Below are positions 54,920 through 64,000 of a DNA stretch of 64,000 nt, piece after piece. The DNA lies in NCBI GenBank assembly GCA_964016885.1, contig OZ024763.1, positions 9,858,001 to 9,922,000 of the forward strand, given 5' to 3'. The translations under genes and the position numbers were made by a program. Positions within the stretch are counted from its first letter, which is position 1. Each line of letters begins with the position of its first letter. The DNA is from Eledone cirrhosa (taxonomy: Eukaryota). The notes beneath the pieces are model-generated. The model had not been told where the DNA came from, did no database searches, and saw nothing but the letters and a program-made list of their open reading frames with translations.

Positions 54920-55487
54920 ATTGTTCCTAACAGAGGTACCAGGCCAGAAATTTTGATTATCGGCCTTAAAAGATGAAAGGCAAAATTGACCTTGGTAGGA
55001 TTTGAACTCAGAACATAAAGAGCCAAACAGATTATTGCTAAGCATATGTCAGACGCTCTAATGACTCAACCAACTTACCGCCTCATCAGCTTAATAATTG
55101 TTTCTACTTTAGGCACAAGGCCAGCAATTACTCAGTGTATTACTGGTACTTTATTTTATCGACCCCGTAAGGATGAAAGGCAAAGTTAACCTCGACGGGA
55201 TTTGAACTCAGAATGGCAAGGGCCGTAACTATGCGTCAAAGCATGGCGCCCGACCCTCTACTGATACTGCCAATTGACCGCCTTGATTATATACATAAAT
55301 AACTGTTTCTACTTTAGGCACAAGGCCAGCAATTATCCAGTGCATTACTGGTACTTTATTTTATCGACCCCGTAAGGATGAAAGGCAAAGTCAACCTCGG
55401 CGGGATTTGAACTCAGATCGTAAAGGGACGTAACTATGCTGCAAAGCATGGCGTCCGACCCTCTACCGATACTGCCAACCCACCGCC
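54920..55487 (-). mobile_element. Three tandem SINE copies
   Basis: reverse complement of the SINE family; 55097-55283 and 55303-55487 well preserved. Confidence 0.85.
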
Positions 55488-56549
55488 CTTATTATATACA
55501 TAAATAACATTACAAATTAATGACAATTCTTTCAGAAATAAAATACAAACACAACAAATACAACACACAAAAATATATCAAATATAATAAACAATAACAT
55601 TTTTTAAAAAAAAGAAGACAAAAAGGGGGGGGGGGGCAACTCACCAGCAATTGCGACAATCAGCCGCATATCCCATCATAAGAGTTAACTAAACACTTTG
55701 AGACAAGCCAATACACTGGCGGCACTACCACGGGTGATGGCGAGGCTAAGGGGCTGAAATAACCTGGCACCCTCATAGACATGCCCTGACACCTCGGTAA
55801 GGTGAGGTGATGGCGAGGCTAAGGGACTGATATAACCTGGCACCCTCACAGACATCCCCTGACACCTCGGTAAGGTGAGCCGCCATTGAAGACAAGTCGC
55901 TGCCAGCTGCCCAACTCCACCAAACATCTCGAACACTACAAGTTGGAAAAAAAAATTATTTTATAAGTCCAGCTATTTCCGAAATAAAGTTTAAATATTA
56001 ATTTTATTAAGACTAAATATATATATATATATACATACACAATGTACACTATAGTTGGATATATTGATATATCATTTTATATTTGTGGTTGTAGTAGTAA
56101 TGGCGGTGGTGGTGATATTGGTAGTTGTGGTGGTGTTAATCTGGGAAGGCAGGGTGGAGGTGAGGGATTCTTTGTAGCCATGGTCCCCCACAAAATACCC
56201 CAAATAATTTTTTGTCGTCATAAATATGCAAGACGCCCACCCCGACTCACAACCCTCTGCTCATGCAAGCTTAATCTGTCCCTGGAAGTGAGATGGGCAT
56301 TGTTGGTATGTCATTTTGATCATATCTCTGCTTCATCTCAGCTGACCTTGGGCTAAACAACAACACCTGGTGTTTCCCTTGACCTGAGAGAACTGTGAAA
56401 CTTGGAACCCAGAAGGACTATTTCTCATAAACTGTTACAGTGCGCGCGTGTGTGTGTACAAGGTCTGTCAAAAAAGTAGGCTTTAAAAAACAAGTGACTT
56501 ACTTGACAGAGTTCAACTATTAATCACCTTATGATAATTATTATTATTG

Positions 56550-56923
56550 ATTAGCAGACTTGGTAGATCCTTGGACAACATGCTTTGCGGCATATAGTTA
56601 CAGCCCTTTACGTTCTGAGTTCAAATCCCGCTGAGGTTAACTTTGTCTTTCGTCCTTACGGGGTCGATAAAATAAAGTACCAGTGATACACTGAGATAAT
56701 TGCTGGCCTTGTGCCAAAAGTAGAAACAATTATTGATATTATGGATTGGCAGTATCAGTAGAGGGTCGGACGCCATGCTTTCTAGCATAGTTACAGCCCT
56801 TTACGGTCTGAGTTCAAATCCCGTCGAGGTTAACTTTGCCTTTCGTCCTTACGGAGTCGATAAAACAAAGTACCAGTAATGCACTGGATATTTGCTGGCC
56901 TTGTGCCAAAAGTAAAAACAATT
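56550..56923 (+). mobile_element. Two tandem SINE copies
   Basis: same family. Confidence 0.85.
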
Positions 56924-56954
56924 ATTGTTATTATTGATGTTGTTTATCTTGTAG

Positions 56955-56996
56955 ATTTTGACTCTGTTAGAACGAAAACCAAATATAAAAGGAGTG
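56955..56996 (+). CDS. SRR: Serine racemase-like exon 2 (42 nt), ILTLLERKPNIKGV
   Basis: ttgtag acceptor, gtatgt donor, phase 0-0; fills the gap between GALNG and VTHS. Confidence 0.85.
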
Positions 56997-57383
56997 GTAT
57001 GTATAAGTTTGGTGTTTTCTTCATTCTTCCCCCGCCTCTCGTTCCCGCCTCTCGTCTCCCCTCCCCCTCTCGTTCCTCCCCCCGCCTCTCGTCCCCCCAC
57101 CTCTCGTTCCTCCCCCACCTCTCGTTCCTCCTCTTTCATCTCCTCCTTTTAGAGTCTATCTTAGCCATCCTTATTGTCACTCCAATTTTATGCGTGTTAT
57201 CCAACCATTTTGCTCGTGGTCTACCTCTGGGTCTCATGCCAACTGGCTTTACCCATCAAATCTGTCCTGTGATTCTTTCCTTAAACATTCTAACCCTGTC
57301 TGTAGTACCAGAGCTTGTGATTTCTCAATGCAGAAAAGTAGCGGCTCTACTGTTTACCTTTTTTTTGTTTATCTTTTTTTTAG

Positions 57384-57550
57384 GTAACACACAGTACTGG
57401 TAACCATGGTCTTGCCCTCGCCTGGGCAGCCCAGCAAACGAAGCTACCCTGTTATGTGGTTGTACCCCGCAACACCCCACTTGTTAAAATAGAAGCGGTC
57501 AAAACATACGGCGCCAATATAGAACTTAGTCAAATTGATGTACAAGACAG
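57384..57550 (+). CDS. SRR: Serine racemase-like exon 3, VTHSTGNHGLALAWAAQ...KTYGANIELSQIDVQDR
   Basis: poly-T tag acceptor, gtacta donor; THS.GNHG and YGA motifs. Confidence 0.92.
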
Positions 57551-57589
57551 GTACTATAATACATATGTCAATATATATTCTTTAATCTT

Positions 57590-58715
57590 TTACTGGTTGC
57601 AGTCATTAGACTGTGGCCATGCTGGGGCACCACACTGGTTGCAGTCATTAGACTGTGGCCATGCTGGGGCACCATGCTGGGGCACCATGCTGGGGCACCA
57701 CACTGGTTGCAGTCATTAGACTCTGGCCATGCTGGGGCACCACACTGGTTTCAGTCATTAGACTGTGGCCATGCTGGGGCACCACACTGGTTGCAGTCAT
57801 TAGACTGTGGCCATGCTGGGGCACCACACTGGTTGCAGTCATTAGACTCTGGCCATGCTGGGGCACCACACTGGTTTCAGTCATTAGACTGTGGCCATGC
57901 TGGGGCACCACACTGGTTGCAGTCATTAGACTGTGGCCATGCTGGGGCACCACACTGGTTGCAGTCATTAGACTGTGGCCATGCTGGGGCACCACACTGG
58001 TTTCAGTCATTAGACTGTGGCCATGCTGGAGCACCACACTGGTTTCAGTCATTAGACTCTGGCCATGCTGGGGTACCACACTGGTTGCAGTCATTAGACT
58101 CTGGCCATGCTGGGGCACCACACTGGTTGCAGTCATTAGACTCTGGCCATGCTGGGGCACCACACTGGTTTCAGTCATTAGACTGTGGCCATGCTGGGGC
58201 ACCACACTGGTTGCAGTCATTAGACTCTGGCCATGCTGGGGTACCACACTGGTTGCAGTCATTAGACTCTGGTCATGCTGGGGCACCACACTGGTTGCAG
58301 TCATTAGACTCTGGCCATGCTGGGGCACCACACTGGTTTCAGTCATTAGACTCTGGCCATGCTGGGGCACCACATTCTTTTACTGGTTTCAGTCATTAGA
58401 CTAGCCATGCTGGGGCACCACACTCTTTTACTGGTTTCAGTCATTAGACTGTGGCCATGCTGGGGCACGACCTTCTTTTACTGGTTTCAGTCTTTAGACT
58501 GTGGCCATGCTGGGGCACCACACTGGTTTCAGTCATTAGACTCTGGCTATGCTGGGGCACCACATTCTTTTACTGGTTTCAGTCTTTAGACTGAGACCAT
58601 GCTGGGGCACTACCTTCTTTTACTGGTTTCAGTCATTGGACTGTGGCCATGCTGGGGCACTGCCTTCTTTTACTGGTTTCAGTCTTTAGACTGTGGCCAT
58701 GATGGGGCACCACTT
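57590..58715. repeat. 42-bp minisatellite, about 25 copies
   Basis: CTGGTTGCAGTCATTAGACTGTGGCCATGCTGGGGCACCACA; single relative at 41545-41585. Confidence 0.95.
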
Positions 58716-58756
58716 TCTTTTATTCTTTTCCTGTTAGTGATATTGTACCAATATTG

Positions 58757-59237
58757 TGGACATATGTTATTACATGACACTGTGTTATATTGTAGACATA
58801 CTTTATGACATATGTTATTACATGACACTGTGTTATATTGCAGACATACTTTATGACATATGTTATTACATGACACTGTGTTATATTGTAGACATACTTT
58901 ATGACATATGTTATTACATGACACTGTGTTATATTGCAGACATACTTTATGACATATGTTATTACATGACACTGTGTTATATTGTAGACATACTTTATGA
59001 CATATGTTATTACATGACACTGTGTTATATTGCAGACATACTTTATGACATATGTTATTACATGACACTGTGTTATATTGCAGACATACTTTATGACATA
59101 TGTTATTTCATGACACTGTGTTATATTGCAGACATACTTTATGACATATGTTATTGCATGACACTGTGTTATATTGTAGACATACTTTATGACATATGTT
59201 ATGACATGTCACTGTTATATTGCAGACATACTTTATG
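58757..59237. repeat. 48-bp minisatellite, about 10 copies, overlapping the exon 4 splice acceptor
   Basis: unit contains TTATATTG(C/T)AG|ACATACTTTATG. Confidence 0.92.
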
Positions 59238-59310
59238 TGAAAGACTGGCAGAGGAGAAACAGTATGAAATTATCGCTCCATTTGATAATGTTGATGTTAT
59301 TGCTGGTCAG
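59226..59310 (+). CDS. SRR: Serine racemase-like exon 4, HTLCERLAEEKQYEIIAPFDNVDVIAGQ
   Basis: ttgcag acceptor, gtgaga donor; PFD...IAGQ motif. Confidence 0.88.
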
Positions 59311-60528
59311 GTGAGATATCTAACTACACATCTGTGTAGCAATTGGTGGAATAGTGGTGGTGGTGGTGGGATGGAGAAGCTGGTATTTAGATGTGTGTGT
59401 TTGTGTAGGGGTGAAAGATGTGTGTGTGGTGAAAGACGTGTATGTGTAGTGGTGAAAGACGTGTGTGTGTGTAAAGGTAGAATAGGTGTAGTTATTTAGA
59501 TGTGTATGTATATGTGTGGATAGATAGTGGGTGCATTACATGTGTGTGGAGGGAATGTGTTAGTTGAATCCCTTAAAAAGATTTCAAGTCTATCCCAGAC
59601 CCTAAATCTTACAAGGGTAGGAGCTATCCCATTTTTATTGGCTTTAAGTAACTGAGAGCACAAGACTTCCCTCTGGATAGGACGTTGTCTGTCACCAGGC
59701 CAACCCCCAGCTCTTTCTGCTAGTACTCATACTCAGGTGGAGTGGAGTATAGCAACAGGAAATGAAGTGGCTTGCTCAAGAACACAACATGTTGCCCAAT
59801 CAAGGAATTGAACCCACAAAATTTCTATTATAAGCCCAGCACCCTAACCACAAGGCCATGTGCCTTCAAACAGAATCCATAGAAGCTATAAACACCACAA
59901 CCTGACTGGGTTGTGTGTTGTGGTTTTGAGTAATACATTTCATTTCATGTTTCTCCCGCATACTCAGCTGAAAATGAGTACTAGCAGTAGTTGGATGGGG
60001 GTGGGTAACCCTGCGATGAGCTGGTATTCTGTCCAGGGAAAAGTTTTGTACTCTCACTTAACATCAATGAAACCAGAATAAGCAGCAATCTGATGAGCCT
60101 CTGGGTTTGGAACAGACTTTAACTATTTTTTTATATCATCATCATCATCATCATCATCGTCGTCTATCTTCCACGCTAGCATGGGTATCTTGGGTATATT
60201 TCCAGAAATTGAAACCCTGACATTGCTACCAGGGGCCAAACACCCTAACCACTAGGCCACACACATTTACATAGAATCAATAGAAGCTATAATCAACTAA
60301 ATAGCACTGTAGTAATATCTTGGGTACATTTCTAGGAACCAAATCGCCAACATTGCTATCATGGTTTAAGCCCCCAAACCATTAGGTCATGCACACCTTC
60401 ACACAGGGTTCATACATATTCTAAATACCCTGCTATCATGAGCCCTAACCTCCAGATCACACACACCTTCACATGGGGTCCACAGACACTATAAAGAGCA
60501 CAGTAATGATATCTTGGCTACATTTCAG

Positions 60529-60655
60529 GGTACAATCGCTATTGAACTGATGGAGCAAGTACCAGATCTAGAAGCAGTGATAGTTCCTGTTGGAGGCGGA
60601 GGTCTTGCATCTGGGATAGCAATAGCTACTAAATTAGTGAGTCCCAGCACTAAAG
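60529..60655 (+). CDS. SRR: Serine racemase-like exon 5, GTIAIELMEQVPDLEAVIVPVGGGGLASGIA...; gene continues beyond the window
   Basis: tttcag acceptor, gtaaac donor; tetraglycine phosphate-binding loop. Confidence 0.92.
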
Positions 60656-60883
60656 GTAAACCACTACTCTATTCTTGCCCTATTCTATTCTTCCAGTTTA
60701 AGAGTCACCATGGCATGTACGCAAACATGGACAGCACTACCATTAACCCTTTTTGTTCTCATATTTCTAATGGAAGACATGACCTATGATTTGAAAATAA
60801 TGAAGATTTTAGAGGGTTTAGTAATATAACTAAATATCCTATAATTAAGCTGGTGTTGGCTAATAGCTTAACAAAATAATTTA

Positions 60884-61034
60884 CGGTATTTCTCGGCACC
60901 GAGGATGCACCCTAATTTTGACAACCAAAAATTTGAAAAAAAATAATGAACAACCTTCGGCCTCCAGGACGCATGGTAGATTTTTTAGATTTATTTTAGG
61001 AAAAAAGTAACGTTTTCGACGCCAGGAAATATGG
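60884..61034. mobile_element. Small Tc1/pogo-type MITE
   Basis: TA|CGGTATTTC ... GAAATATGG|TA imperfect TIRs. Confidence 0.55.
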
Positions 61035-61777
61035 TACATAAAATTATGATGGAAGGTTTTAAGATAAATATAAACACTTTAACCCTTTTGTTATCATATT
61101 TTTAATGAAAGATTCTGCCTGTGGCTTTCAAATAGATTTGTAAATAATGAAGAATTCTCATTCTTTAGGTGGTGTTTCTTCACAACTTAAAGGTTTTTAC
61201 ATGATACATACATTCATAGTTTGAATGTGTTCTGCCCATATAAACCTACATATCTGATATATGTCAACACCGAGTCAGGCCTGAGTTATCATGATCACAC
61301 CTTAAGTTGATCAATATCAAAACAATTGTTGTGAATAAAGTTTATATATGATGCAAGCAAGAGACTTTGTTCCTGCTTACTTTTATTCACACTCTGCAGG
61401 TTATCGCTGCCTTTAGCTACATGGTTGTATAAATCCTACATGTGACAAACCATTGGAACTGCATTGAGTTCTTTGACTGGTAAACTGCCTGTAATAATCA
61501 TTACACACTACCCACTATATATGTTATAATTTGGGAGGGTCATGCTGCCAATAAATACACACGCACCTGTTGCTTTTCACTTCTATTTATTATAAATCTC
61601 CGGTTGGTTGGTTCGATAACCGGATGGTTGTTTATATATTGTCAAAGCTCTTTCATCACACATTCTTTGACCTCCTCAATAACTGAGTTTTTATTTTATG
61701 TCTCTCCTTTCTTCTGTCCTACACAAAAACAAGATGGTGTAGGACAGAACAAAGGAGAAACACAAAATAAAAACCCA

Positions 61778-61820
61778 GTCACTGAGGAAGTCACAAAATG
61801 TGTGACGAAAGAGCTTTGAC
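61778..61820 (+). ncRNA. Type I hammerhead ribozyme in the right arm of an inverted repeat
   Basis: GTCA-CTGAGGA-A-GTCACA/TGTGAC-GAAA-GAGC-TT-TGAC; decayed mirror at 61640-61682. Confidence 0.68.
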
Positions 61821-62125
61821 AATATATAAACAACCATCTGGTTATCGAACCAGCCAGCCAACCAACCGGAAACATAATACACTGAAGTGAAAACCAACAG
61901 GTGCGTGTGTTCTTATTGGCAGCATGACCCTCCCAAAGTATAACAATATCTGTTTCAACACACGTTTTCAATCTTGCAAAACAAATTCAAAAACGAAATA
62001 TATATAGTAATAATAATAAATACAAAGACCAAAATCCAAATAGGATTTGATAAGGGTTATATATATATAATTATATATAAACCTATAGAGCAAATATTTA
62101 TTATTAGTATAGATTAATCTGTACT

Positions 62126-62175
<50 letters not shown>

Positions 62176-62453
62176 ATAATAATAAAATTGAAGACTAAAA
62201 TCCAAAGAGGGCTCGATAAGGAAAATATATATCAAATATATAAGAACCGAAGAGCAAATATTTATTAAAATAACAGATTAAAGTTTAAGCAAAGAATCGC
62301 TGCTTTCACCCTTAACGGGATCTTCTGAAACTAACAAAGATCCCGTTAAGGGTGAAAGCAGCGATTCTTTGCTTAAACTTTAATCTGTTATTTTAATAAA
62401 TATATATATATATATATATATATAGTTATGTAATAAACAACATAAGGCAATTA

Positions 62454-62506
62454 TATCATTTACCAGTGGTTTCTTAAAAATGTTGCTTTCAATCATCAGA
62501 ATGAGA
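62454..62506 (-). ncRNA. Type I hammerhead ribozyme, same family as 28304
   Basis: minus strand TCTCATT-CTGATGA-stem II-GAAA-CCACTGG-TA-AATGATA. Confidence 0.65.
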
Positions 62507-62723
62507 AAATCCTGGTGTATTTATTGATATATATATATATATATATATTTATTATATATATATATATATGTATATATATGTTTATATATTGAGGTATAGT
62601 TGGCTGTTATACATTGAAACGTTCCTAGAGTAAAATCATGTTATAAGTCTAAACTGGTTATTCATTCTTAATTTATGTATACATATATATACACATATAT
62701 ATATATGTATATATACATATATA

Positions 62724-62758
<35 letters not shown>

Positions 62759-62785
62759 ACACATATATATATATATGTATATATA

Positions 62786-62863
<78 letters not shown>

Positions 62864-62865
62864 TA

Positions 62866-64000
62866 TTTTGTGATGCAAGTACACTGACTATTTGCAACAC
62901 AAACTTCCAGAAACCTGCCAATCACCTAATAGCCTACAAATCTGGCAAGCACATAAGCCAGATTGACTTCTTACTAGTTAGGCAGCGGGACAGGCAGATA
63001 GTGTCTAATATCAAGGCATACCCTGGGGAAGAATGTACCCCACAGCATAGGTTAGTCGTTAGTGATATCTCAGTAAGCAAGAGATGGAATGAGACATACA
63101 GGAAGGTGTGGAGAAGAAAGGTCTGGAAGCTAAAAGACCTTTCACTAAAATACAAATTTAGGAAAGCCCTTCAAGATGTGTATGACGAAAAAGAAGACGA
63201 TTTAGAGACGTATGACATAGATAATAACTGGAATTTCTTACGTGACAACTTACTGCAGGCTACTGATGAAACTTGTGGCTGGAGCAGAGCTCCAACCAGA
63301 CAGAGAGTGACCTGGTGGTGGAACAGCACAGTAGATAAGGCCATTAGAGACAAAAGACCTGCATGGAAGGCTTGGAAAAAGGGTGGGAGTAGGGAAGAAT
63401 ATACAGCCGTTAAGAGAGAAGCTAGACGTCAGGTGTACTTAGCACGCAGGAAGGCAGAAAGTAGGAGGTTTGCCAATGTTCTGCAATGGGAAGATCAGAG
63501 GCGTGCAGTGTTCCACATTGCAAGGCAGTGTGTCATTGCAAATCAGGATGTTGTTGGAGATAAATGTGTCCGGGATGATGCCGGTTTACTTAGGGTCACG
63601 AATAATCAGAAAAAGGAGGCCTGGAAATGTCATTATGAGAGACTGATGAATGTGGAGAACGATTGGGAGAGAGAGAAATTACCCTCAGTAGATCCAACAG
63701 AGGGACCAGCTATTGAGATTGACGAATATAGGGTCCAAGAGGCAATTAAGGAAATGAAAAATGGTAAGGCTGCTGGACCATCGGGAATAGTTGCTGAAAT
63801 GCTGAAGGCATCAGGGGACATAGGCACTAAACTGGTTGCACGCATCATCAATCAGGCTATATATGGTGGTGTCATACCCAAAAACTGGTGCAGCAGTATT
63901 CTCATAAATTGCTACAAAGGTAAAGGGGATGCTCTGGAGAGGAGCAATTATAGGGGTATAAAACTGATGGATCAGGTTATGAAAGTGGCAGAAAGGATAT
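62866..64000 (+). mobile_element. 5'-truncated RTE LINE related to 14402-17503; reading frame open to the window end
   Basis: [34 protein letters not shown]; no stop seen. Confidence 0.92.

Noticed and set aside
55303-55487. tRNA gene
   Set aside because: A and B boxes belong to a multi-copy SINE; no cloverleaf
57590-58715. CRISPR-like regular array
   Set aside because: Contiguous tandem units without unique spacers, no cas genes, eukaryotic intron
60089-60115. CTGATGAGCC as a hammerhead core
   Set aside because: No GAAA or stems I/III; it lies in a SINE-like segment
61400-61435. Candidate next racemase exon (cag|GTTATCGCTGCC, VIAA)
   Set aside because: Phase does not fit the 60655 donor, the expected EP motif is absent and a stop follows quickly

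Overview
AT-rich, repeat-dense eukaryotic genomic DNA. The SINE/LINE content and microsatellites look like a coleoid cephalopod such as Octopus (inference). There are two spliced + strand host genes: the last 9 exons of an anoctamin-7-like gene (749-26084) and the first 5 exons of a serine racemase/dehydratase-family PLP enzyme (54274-60655, continuing beyond the window). Introns and the intergenic region hold a nearly intact RTE-clade LINE with a PHD finger, decayed RTE, CR1, Tx1/L1-like and CRE-like LINEs, a mariner remnant, hAT, piggyBac and pogo-type MITEs, tRNA-derived SINEs, TE-derived minisatellites and long (TA)n tracts. The strongest signal outside the ORF track is about 11 structurally complete and about 8 decayed minimal type I hammerhead ribozyme motifs. 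Most sit in both arms of short fold-back elements embedded in (TA)n, and one fold-back carries a Penelope-type GIY-YIG remnant. All folds were done by eye; no activity is demonstrated.
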